A DNA stretch of 60,841 nucleotides, the filler included. It is 4 parts of 4 records of this genome, joined end to end, with 100 filler letters (N's around TTAATTAATTAA, not from the genome) between each part and the next. Parts side by side here need not be neighbours in the genome. Positions count along the whole stretch, not along the records: positions 48,589 to 55,102 come from DRR723986_17225; positions 55,203 to 60,841 come from DRR723986_17235; 2 more parts are not named here. One strand, written 5' to 3'. This document shows, piece after piece, positions 51,103 to 59,444 of the stretch. Positions within the stretch are counted from its first letter, which is position 1. Each line of letters starts with the position of its first letter. Both the position numbers and the translations under genes were made by a program. A model generated the notes under the pieces. The model did not search any database and had not been told where the DNA came from. It was given only the letters and a program-made list of their open reading frames with translations.

Positions 51103-52087
51103 TATGCTTACGCGCGAAATTGGGAAGTCAGGTATTGAGGCGTCCGTCATCGGACTGGGAACCTGGGCCATTGGCGGATGGATGTGGGGCGGCACGGACG
51201 AGCCGCGTTCGATTGCGGCAATTCAGGCCAGTATCGATGAAGGTGTGACGCTGATCGATACGGCTCCAGCCTACGGTCAAGGCGTGGCTGAGGAGATTGT
51301 TGGCAAGGCGATAAAGTACCATCGTGACAAGGTCGTTCTGGCGACCAAATGCGGATTGGTCTGGCACACGCAAAAAGGCAACCATTTCTTCGATTACGAC
51401 GACAAACCAGTACACCGTTATCTTGGCCGTGACGCAATCATACACGAAGTCGAACAAAGCTTGAGGCGTTTGGGAACCGATTACATCGATCACTACATCA
51501 CCCATTGGCAAGACCCCACGACGCCTGTCGATGAAACCATGGAGGCGCTTGAAACGTTGAAGTCACAAGGGAAAATCAGATCCATCGGGGCAAGCAACAC
51601 CAGCGCAGTCGATGTGCAGGTCTACGATGCCGCGGGGCAACTGGACGCGGTGCAGGAAGAATATTCGATGGTCAAACGCGACATCGAAGACAGCCACATC
51701 GGATTGTGCCAGAAGAAGGGCGTTTCGGTTCTAAGCTATTCATCTCTGGCGCTTGGCCTGCTGACCGGGAAAATCGGCCCGGACAGGGTTTTTGAAGGTG
51801 ATGACCAACGCAAAAACAATCCGCGGTTTTCCCAGTCCAATCGGCAGAAAGTTGCAGCGCTGATGGCGGGTATTGCACCAATTGCGGAGGCCCATGGTGC
51901 GACGCTGCCCCAGACGGTCATTGCCTGGACCGTGCAACAACCGGGGATCACCTTTTCGCTTTGCGGCGCGCGGGACCCCGAGCAAGCCATCGACAACGCA
52001 CGCGCAGGCCAATTGCGCCTTTCCGTAGACGACATTTCTGAAATGAACGCTTTGGCAAGAACACATCTCATCGACATGGACGCCTGA
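51092..52087 (+). CDS. Aldo/keto reductase
   Basis: GLGTWAIGG, DTAPAYG, ATKCG, SLRRLGTDYID, HW. Confidence 0.93.
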   Translation: MSHDMLTREIGKSGIEASVIGLGTWAIGGWMWGGTDEPRSIAAIQASIDEGVTLIDTAPAYGQGVAEEIVGKAIKYHRDKVVLATKCGLVWHTQKGNHFFDYDDKPVHRYLGRDAIIHEVEQSLRRLGTDYIDHYITHWQDPTTPVDETMEALETLKSQGKIRSIGASNTSAVDVQVYDAAGQLDAVQEEYSMVKRDIEDSHIGLCQKKGVSVLSYSSLALGLLTGKIGPDRVFEGDDQRKNNPRFSQSNRQKVAALMAGIAPIAEAHGATLPQTVIAWTVQQPGITFSLCGARDPEQAIDNARAGQLRLSVDDISEMNALARTHLIDMDA

Positions 52088-52147
52088 GCGACCAGTCGAA
52101 TTCATCACGACACCTAAAGAAACACCGATTGAGTGAACAGGAGAGCT

Positions 52148-53866
52148 ATGTCCGGGCAACGGCAAGACAATCTGGTAAGGTTGCGCAAAACCGCGGACTT
52201 CGACGCCGTCGTGATCGGGGGCGGTGTCAATGGGATCGGCGTTTACCGAGACCTTGCCTTGCAGGGTCTGCGGGTTCTGCTGATAGAGCGCAACGACTAT
52301 TGCTCTGGCTGCAGTGCTGCGCCGTCCCGGATGATCCACGGTGGGTTGCGGTATCTGGAAAACGGTGAGTTCGGGTTAGTGCGTGAATCTCTTGCCGAAC
52401 GCGACGCCCTGCTGCGCAACGCGCCGCATTTGGTTCATCCCCTTCCGACCCTAGTCCCGATTACTTCGATCTGGTCTGGAATGCTTAACTCTGCCGCTGG
52501 ATTTCTTGGTAAGAAGGGTAAGCCCGCAAATCGTGGTGCTGTACCGATCAAGTTGGGGCTCACCCTATACGATTGGGTGACACGCAAGCGCCGCGTCCTG
52601 CCAAAGCATGAGTTCCTGAGCCTGCGCGCAACACGCCGGCTTTGGCCCGCGCTAACCCCCGTCGCAAAGCGATCGGCGATCTATCATGATGCCTGGATCA
52701 GCCACCCGGAAAGGCTGTGCATTGAGTTGTTGCGCGATGTGGTACGGGACACCCCCGATTGTATCGCTTTGAATTATGCTGAATTGCGCCAGACTGCCGG
52801 TGGATACGAGGTGTCAGACAAGTTTACTGGTACCGCGTATCCTGTTTCTGCGCGTGTCATTGTAAATGCCACCGGTGCTTGGGTCGATGATACGGCTCAA
52901 GGGTTAGGAGGCATCGCAAAGGAACGCATGGTGTCAGGCACCAAAGGATCGCACTTGATCTTGGACCACGCCCAATTGCATGAGACGCTTGCCGGGCACA
53001 TGGTTTATTTCGAAAACACAGATGGCCGAATTTGCATTGTTTTTCCATACTTAGGAAAGGTTTTGGCGGGTTCGACCGATATCCGCGTGGATACCGCAGG
53101 ACGTGTCCGCTGCGAACCTGAAGAGCTTGACTATATACTGGAATCCTTGCGCCTTGTGTTCCCTGACATCCCCGTTAGTGAAAAGAATGTCGTGTTCAGC
53201 TACAGTGGTATTCGACCGCTCCCCCAAAGCGATCATAACTTCACGGGCCGCATTTCTCGCGGGCATGATGTAAAACGGCTGGACGGCGAAATTCCACAAT
53301 TTTGCATGATCGGTGGCAAGTGGACGACGTTCCGCGCATTTGCCGAACAAACCGCAGATGCAGTTTTGGCGGAATTGGGGCATTCGCGCAAAGTATCCAC
53401 CAAGACCAGACCCATCGGCGGTGGCGCTGACTATGACGCGTCACCAGTGGCAAAGGACACCCTGGTGGCACGTTTCGGGATCGATCACCGCCGAGCTGCG
53501 CATCTATTGGGCCATTATGGTAGCAATGCTTCGGCTGTGGCCGAGTATTGCGAGCGCCACGGGAGCGATGCTCTCGGGCCGGGATTCGACATGGCGTTGG
53601 GTGAGGCGCGTTGGGCAATCGAACAAGAATTTGCCCAAACCCTGTCTGACGTCCTTCTCAGACGCGGGTCACTGACGATCACCGGACAGATCTCCATGGA
53701 AGCGATTGATCGGATTGCAGAGGTTTCGGCGAAGGTGCTTGACCTGTCTGCCGCTGAAATTGAGCGGCAGAAACGGACGCTGATTGATGAATTGAAAAGT
53801 TACCACGGCGTCGGCCCTGACGTGCTGATCGCAAGAGATAAAAAACGGAGAGACACATGCCTATGA
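52148..53866 (+). CDS. FAD-dependent polyol-phosphate dehydrogenase (GlpD/EryB-like)
   Basis: GGGVNG, SRMIHGGLRYLE, KGSHL, GIRPL, GGKWTTFR; AGGAGA SD before ATG 52148. Confidence 0.9.
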   Translation: MSGQRQDNLVRLRKTADFDAVVIGGGVNGIGVYRDLALQGLRVLLIERNDYCSGCSAAPSRMIHGGLRYLENGEFGLVRESLAERDALLRNAPHLVHPLPTLVPITSIWSGMLNSAAGFLGKKGKPANRGAVPIKLGLTLYDWVTRKRRVLPKHEFLSLRATRRLWPALTPVAKRSAIYHDAWISHPERLCIELLRDVVRDTPDCIALNYAELRQTAGGYEVSDKFTGTAYPVSARVIVNATGAWVDDTAQGLGGIAKERMVSGTKGSHLILDHAQLHETLAGHMVYFENTDGRICIVFPYLGKVLAGSTDIRVDTAGRVRCEPEELDYILESLRLVFPDIPVSEKNVVFSYSGIRPLPQSDHNFTGRISRGHDVKRLDGEIPQFCMIGGKWTTFRAFAEQTADAVLAELGHSRKVSTKTRPIGGGADYDASPVAKDTLVARFGIDHRRAAHLLGHYGSNASAVAEYCERHGSDALGPGFDMALGEARWAIEQEFAQTLSDVLLRRGSLTITGQISMEAIDRIAEVSAKVLDLSAAEIERQKRTLIDELKSYHGVGPDVLIARDKKRRDTCL

Positions 53867-54699
53867 ACACCAAAGCCCGGATGAACCGGATGTTTTCCAA
53901 CGGCGGTTGCCTGGATGTTGCAATCGACCACGGCGTTTGCAACGAACCCAGTTTCATGGTGGGGCTAGAGGATATGCCAGCGGTCATGAACGCGCTGATC
54001 GCGGCAAAACCCGACGCGATCCAATGCGCCTATGGGCAGGCAGACCTGTTGCAGTCGCGGCCCGAAAAAGACAAGCCGGCGTTGGTCATGCGTATTGACA
54101 TGGGCAATCCCTATAACGATCAGCGGCACCGTGTGATGTGGTCCATGTTGCAAAACGCGGATGAGCCAATCATCGGTGCGCTAGAGATGGATGCAGCTGC
54201 GGTTGTGGTCAACCTGTTCATGCTGCCCGATGAACCGGAACTTTTCCGTCAATGCATCAAGAATATCGGCCGCGTTCGTGCGGCATGCACCAAATACGGT
54301 ATGCCGCTGATGATTGAACCGCTCGTGATGCTGCCCAATGACGTGCGCGGCGGATATCAGGTTGACGGCAATGCGGAAAAGATCGTGACGCTGACAAGAT
54401 TGGCAAGCGAGATGGGCGCCGATATCATCAAGGCGGATCCGACCGAGAACCCAGAAGATTTTCATCGGGTTGTTGAGGCGGCACGCGTGCCGGTTCTTGT
54501 CCGCGGTGGCGGCAAGGAAGACCTCAAGACCGTGCTGGAGAAATCGGCTCGCATTTTTGCGCAGGGAGCCAAGGGGATGGTGTATGGCCGCAATATCTAT
54601 CAGCACAACAATCCAAAGGCGGTCGTAGCGGCTTTGATGGCGATCATCCATGACGGCGCGGATGGGCAAGACGCGTGGGATATCTATAACCGTGGCTGA
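53857..54699 (+). CDS. Class I (DhnA/LsrF-like) aldolase
   Basis: AIDHG, ADIIK Schiff-base Lys, RGG, YGRNIYQ. Confidence 0.88.
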   Translation: MPMNTKARMNRMFSNGGCLDVAIDHGVCNEPSFMVGLEDMPAVMNALIAAKPDAIQCAYGQADLLQSRPEKDKPALVMRIDMGNPYNDQRHRVMWSMLQNADEPIIGALEMDAAAVVVNLFMLPDEPELFRQCIKNIGRVRAACTKYGMPLMIEPLVMLPNDVRGGYQVDGNAEKIVTLTRLASEMGADIIKADPTENPEDFHRVVEAARVPVLVRGGGKEDLKTVLEKSARIFAQGAKGMVYGRNIYQHNNPKAVVAALMAIIHDGADGQDAWDIYNRG

Positions 54700-55102
54700 G
54701 ACAGGAAAATACTATCTAGGTCTCGATGCGGGCAACACGGTCATAAAGGCGGTTCTTTTTGACACAGAAGGCCGTCAGGTCGCCATCCACGCGCTCGACG
54801 GGCAATCAGCAACGCCCCAACCCGGCCATGTGGAGCGCGACTTGAACGAGCTTTGGGCCAATGCTCGTGCCGCTATTTCGGGATGTCTTGCGTCGGCAGG
54901 GGTGGCTTCCAAGGATATTGCGGCTGTCGGCTGCGCCGGACATGGTAACGGGCTTTATCTGCTGGACCGGAAAGGTGCACCTCTGATCGGGATTCAATCG
55001 CTGGACACGCGTGCTGCGACTTTGGCAGATGAGTTGTCGACGGCTCAGGGCACGGGCATTCACGCGATTTGCCTGCAAAAACCATGGCCATCGCAGACAC
55101 CA
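54692..55102 (+). CDS. FGGY-family carbohydrate kinase, truncated by contig end
   Basis: LGLDAGNTVIKA, PGHVERD, GHGNGLYLLD, D.RA. Confidence 0.88.
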
Positions 55103-55202
55103 NNNNNNNNNNNNNNNNNNNNNNNNNNNNNNNNNNNNNNNNNNNNTTAATTAATTAANNNNNNNNNNNNNNNNNNNNNNNNNNNNNNNNNNNNNNNNNN
55201 NN
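55103..55202. other. Artificial contig spacer
   Basis: N-run, TTAATTAATTAA, N-run. Confidence 0.98.
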
Positions 55203-55812
55203 CCCGGCGCCGGGCGTCGTGATGCTGACCGCCGCCCATCGCAGGGCCGGCACGTCGACCACCGTTCTCGGGTTGGCGCGGGCCATGGCGGCGATCGGGC
55301 GGACCGTGGTCATTCTGGATGCCAACTTTCGCCAGCCCGGTCAGGCGAAGCTCTTGGCGCAGAACCGCAGAGGGCCCCGGATCGAGCATTACCTCGCGGG
55401 CTCGGCGAGGGTGGAGCAGATCACCCTGTCCGAGGTCGAGACACGCCTGAGCCTCGTGCCCGCCAGCAGCGGCAGCATCCCCATCGCGGATATCCTGTCG
55501 GCCCCCCAGTTCCGCGCCTTGATCGAAGACCTGCGCGCGCGGCATGACGTGGTGCTGATCGACGCGCCCCATGTGCTGGAGCACGCCGATGCGATGATCC
55601 TTGCCGGCATGGCGGATGCGATCGTCATGCTGGTGCGGGCGGGGAAATCGAAGAGGGACACGGTCACCGCCGCGATAGACGCGCTGGAAAAGGCGGAGGG
55701 GCTGGTGGTCGGCACGGTGCTGACCCACGCAAGGACCACATCCCAACAGGCCGTCGCCCCGCCCAATCCCTACGGAGGAGCGGCGCCAAGGCCGTGGCAC
55801 GCCAATGCCTGA
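55203..55812 (+). CDS. CpsD/CapB (Wzc C-terminal) BY-kinase-like domain, 5'-truncated
   Basis: Walker A variant AGTST, ILDANFRQP, VVLIDAP, V.LV; sits upstream of a glycosyltransferase. Confidence 0.75.
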
Positions 55813-56989
55813 TCCCTCCCGCGACGGCGCCCCCGGCATCGACCCGCCCGCACAGCCCGCCCCGGCGCGCGTCGCCCTGATCCACTACTGGCTGGTCGGG
55901 ATGCGGGGCGGAGAGCGGGTGCTGGAAGAGATGCTGCGCCTGTACCCCGACGCCGACATCTTTACCCATGTGGTCGACCGCGACGCCCTCAGCCCGGCGC
56001 TTGCCGCGCGCCGGATCACGCAGACCCGCATCGGCAGGCTGCCGGGGGCAAGGCGGCACTACCAGAAATACCTCGGCCTGATGCCGCGCGCGCTGGAAGA
56101 GCTGGACCTGAGCGCCTACGACCTTGTCCTGTCCTCCGAATCCGGACCGGCCAAGGGCGTCATTGCCCGGCCCGACGCCACGCATCTGTGCTATTGCCAC
56201 TCGCCCATGCGCTACATCTGGGATCACTACCCGGCCTACCGGGCGGGCCTTGCCGGGCCGCTGGGGGGGCTCAAGCGGCAATACTTCTCGCATCTCGCCC
56301 ACAGGCTGCGGCAATGGGATGTCACCTCGGCCGCACGCGTGGATCATTTCGTCGCCAACTCGCGGTTCGTGGCCGCCCGCATTCACCGCACCTATGGGCG
56401 CGAGGCCTCTGTCGTGCATCCTCCCGTCGATCTGGACAGATATTCCCTGGCAAAGACCCCGGTGCCGCGAGGCTACTATCTCTTCGTGTCGGAACTGGTG
56501 CCCTACAAGCGCGCCGATCTGGCCGTTCAGGCCTTTGCCAGGCTGGGCCTGCCGCTCAAGGTGGTGGGCCGGGGCGAGGAACTGTGCCGGCTGAGCGCCA
56601 TGGCCTCTTCGAATGTCGAAATGCTGGGACGGGTCGAGGATCTGACCGCCCTCTACCAAGGCGCGCGGGCCCTGATCTTTCCCGGCGAGGAGGATTTCGG
56701 CATCGTGCCGCTGGAGGCGATGGCCTGCGGCACGCCGGTGATCGCCTACGGTCGCGGTGGCGCTTTGGAGACGGTGCGCCCCGGCGTGACGGGCATGTTC
56801 TTCGCGGAACAGACCGTGGCGGCCCTGCGCGCGGCGGTCGAGGCGTTCGAGGCGCAACGGGACAGCTTCGATCCGGAGGTCATCGCGGCGCATGCCCAAG
56901 GCTTCGGCGCGGCGCGGTTCCGGCGCGAGCTGTCGGCCCGGATCGAGGCGGCGCGCGCGCGTCAGTCCGCGCGGCTCACCGGGGCATGA
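55805..56989 (+). CDS. Glycosyltransferase family 4
   Basis: HYWLVGMRGGERVL, YCHSPMRY.WD, YKR.DL, EDFGIVPLEAMACG. Confidence 0.93.
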   Translation: MPDPSRDGAPGIDPPAQPAPARVALIHYWLVGMRGGERVLEEMLRLYPDADIFTHVVDRDALSPALAARRITQTRIGRLPGARRHYQKYLGLMPRALEELDLSAYDLVLSSESGPAKGVIARPDATHLCYCHSPMRYIWDHYPAYRAGLAGPLGGLKRQYFSHLAHRLRQWDVTSAARVDHFVANSRFVAARIHRTYGREASVVHPPVDLDRYSLAKTPVPRGYYLFVSELVPYKRADLAVQAFARLGLPLKVVGRGEELCRLSAMASSNVEMLGRVEDLTALYQGARALIFPGEEDFGIVPLEAMACGTPVIAYGRGGALETVRPGVTGMFFAEQTVAALRAAVEAFEAQRDSFDPEVIAAHAQGFGAARFRRELSARIEAARARQSARLTGA

Positions 56990-58782
56990 GGGTCGGATTG
57001 CACGGGCAGCACCAGCGCGGAGCCGGAGGCGCCGCCGAAATGGACGGTGACGGTGGCGACCTGTGCCTCGGTCGCCAGATGGTTGGTGCCCCCGGTGTTG
57101 AGATTCCGCTCGAGGCGCGGGAAGCTGGCAGAACTCAGATGCAGGCCGATCCGATGGCCGGGGGCGAGCTGATAGGCGATGGGCGCGAAAGCGACATGCG
57201 CCTGCACGACCTCGCCGGGCCTCATCCGCTCCGGCGCGTCGAACCCGCCCCGATACCGCAACCGCAAGGCGCCCTGTGTGATCGTGATCTGTTTGCCGTC
57301 GGGCCGGATATCGACAAGGACGGCCACGAGATCCGTATCCGGCGCATCCACCGACAGGGCGATATCGGCGCCCGCGTCCCCCACGATGGTCATCGGCTCG
57401 GACAGCGGTTCCGACGCGAAGGCCAGCACATCCGCGCGCGTGGCATTGGCGCTTTGGTCAAGGGGGCCTGCAGGCAGATCGAGCCCCCCGGTGCAGCAGA
57501 TCGGGCCACCGATGGAGGGCGTCGGCGCGGTCGGGTCGTATCGGTACGAAGCCGCCCCGGCGGGCGCGGCGTCCGGCGCCAGCGTCCCGGTCCGCTCCCA
57601 TCCCAGATGCCAGCGTTGCGGCGTCGTGCCGGCGGGCGGCCATGTGTCGGCCCTGTCCCAACGGTCGGCGCCCATGACGAAATAGGTGTATTGCGCCAGC
57701 GTCGGTTCGGGCCCGTCGCGCAACCAGTGATCCAGCCACTGCGCATAGATGGCGTCGAAGTCGAGGCCTGCGTCGCGCTCGACCGGCAGATCGCCCACAC
57801 GGCCATGGTGGAACGGCGCATCGGGGGCGCAGTGCAATCCCGGACCGATCAGGACATGCTGATGCTTGCGTGCCGCCTCTTCGGTGGCATTGGCGCGCAT
57901 CAACGCGGCGACCTCGAGCGTCCCGCGCACGGCGATGTCGTGCCATGTGTTCACATGCAGGGCGGGGACGGCGAAACGATCCTCTGCCGTCAGATAGCCA
58001 AGGTCGTCCCAATAGGCCCGGTCCTCGAACCGGGCCATGACGTCCTCGTAATCGGTTGGGTCCGCCCGGTGGCGCGACACCAGCGTACCCGAGGGAAGCT
58101 GGTGGATCACATCGGCGGGGTCGGCGGCGCTCGATTGCATCCGATCGGGCGTCTTGCCCCCCGCCGCCGAGAACCACCCATAGGCCGCCGCGAGGTTCGG
58201 AATCCCGCCCTCGAACAGGCCGAAGTATCCGCGCGAGGCCCCGCCCGTGCCGATGGCGCCGCCCGCACCCTCGGCGATCAGGGCGCGCAGATGCGGGTTG
58301 CCCGTCGCGGCCTGAATCACCTGGATCTCGCCGAGGGCGGAGCATCCCGCCGTTGCGATGGCGCCATTGCTCCAGGGTTGCGCGGCGATCCAGTCCATCG
58401 TGGCGGCGCCATCATCCGCGCCGTGTGCATAGGGCGCGAAGACCCCCTCGGACCCATGACGGCCGCGCAGATCCTGTATGACGACCGCATAGCCGCGGGG
58501 CGTATAGGCGCGCGCCCACCAAAGCGCGCCCTCGAAATCGTCCTTGCCGTAGGGCAGCCGGATCAGAAGGGCCGGCACCCGGTCGGGCCGGGCATCGGGC
58601 AAATGCACATCGGTCGCCAAGCGGATGCCGTCCGGCATCTCGACCATGATATCGCGCTGGACAGGGTGACCGAGCGCGAGGATCCGCACCTGAAGGGCGC
58701 GCAGATGGTCACGCTGGCCGATCGCGACCAGAATGCAGAGGCCCGTCAGGGCGGCGAGGAGGAAGGCCGTTCCCCGCCTCAT
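56962..58782 (-). CDS. CocE/NonD family hydrolase, probably exported or membrane-anchored
   Basis: MPDGIRLATDV, RLPYGK, QDLRGRHGSEG, GCSALG, WHD, GPGLH, YDP..PTP, FPRLERNLNTG. Confidence 0.9.
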   Translation of the reverse strand: MRRGTAFLLAALTGLCILVAIGQRDHLRALQVRILALGHPVQRDIMVEMPDGIRLATDVHLPDARPDRVPALLIRLPYGKDDFEGALWWARAYTPRGYAVVIQDLRGRHGSEGVFAPYAHGADDGAATMDWIAAQPWSNGAIATAGCSALGEIQVIQAATGNPHLRALIAEGAGGAIGTGGASRGYFGLFEGGIPNLAAAYGWFSAAGGKTPDRMQSSAADPADVIHQLPSGTLVSRHRADPTDYEDVMARFEDRAYWDDLGYLTAEDRFAVPALHVNTWHDIAVRGTLEVAALMRANATEEAARKHQHVLIGPGLHCAPDAPFHHGRVGDLPVERDAGLDFDAIYAQWLDHWLRDGPEPTLAQYTYFVMGADRWDRADTWPPAGTTPQRWHLGWERTGTLAPDAAPAGAASYRYDPTAPTPSIGGPICCTGGLDLPAGPLDQSANATRADVLAFASEPLSEPMTIVGDAGADIALSVDAPDTDLVAVLVDIRPDGKQITITQGALRLRYRGGFDAPERMRPGEVVQAHVAFAPIAYQLAPGHRIGLHLSSASFPRLERNLNTGGTNHLATEAQVATVTVHFGGASGSALVLPVQSDPHAPVSRAD

Positions 58783-58796
58783 GGGGCGCGCCCCCG

Positions 58797-59444
58797 ATGA
58801 CGATCGCCGTGGACCTTTGGCAATGGCCGCTCGATGCTCCCGACCCCGGCGATTTGTCGGCGGATGAAATGGCGCGCGCCGACCGGTTCGTCTTTGCCCG
58901 CGACCGGGACCGTTTCATCGCGGGCCGGGCCCGTCTGCGGCGCATTCTGGGGCGCTACCTTGGGCAATCGCCCCGCCGGATCGCCTTTTCCTACGGCGCG
59001 TTCGGGCGTCCAAAGGTCCCGGGGCTCAGCTTCAACCTCAGCCACAGCGGCGACCGGGCGATGCTGGCGGTCACGAAAGACGCGCCGCTGGGTGTCGACA
59101 TCGAAGCGGTGCGCCCCATCGACCCGGACGTCGCCAGAACGCATTTCGCCCCCGTCGAGGTGAGGACGCTGATGGCGCTGCCGGCGGCGGAACAGGTCGC
59201 CGCCTTCTACCGCTGCTGGACCCGGAAAGAGGCCTATCTGAAGGCGGTCGGCACGGGGCTTTCCACGGATCTGAGCAGCTTCACGGTGACGCTCGATGCC
59301 CGCCCAAGGCTTGTGACCTGCAGCAGCGGGGATGCCTTCCTGTGGAGCCTGCACGACATTGCCCTCGACCGCGACATGGCCGGCGCCTTGGCGGTCCGCA
59401 CGAAAGGCGAGGCGATCGCGGTGACCGGGAAGGGCGCGGGCTAG
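58797..59444 (+). CDS. Sfp-type 4'-phosphopantetheinyl transferase
   Basis: GRP, FNLSHSG, LGVDIE, WTRKEAYLKAVGTG. Confidence 0.93.
   Translation: MTIAVDLWQWPLDAPDPGDLSADEMARADRFVFARDRDRFIAGRARLRRILGRYLGQSPRRIAFSYGAFGRPKVPGLSFNLSHSGDRAMLAVTKDAPLGVDIEAVRPIDPDVARTHFAPVEVRTLMALPAAEQVAAFYRCWTRKEAYLKAVGTGLSTDLSSFTVTLDARPRLVTCSSGDAFLWSLHDIALDRDMAGALAVRTKGEAIAVTGKGAG

Noticed and set aside
56188-58800. 870-aa plus-strand ORF and other long alternative-frame ORFs in contig 4
   Set aside because: Arg/Gly/Pro-rich shadow frames of the GT4 and CocE genes, expected at very high GC.
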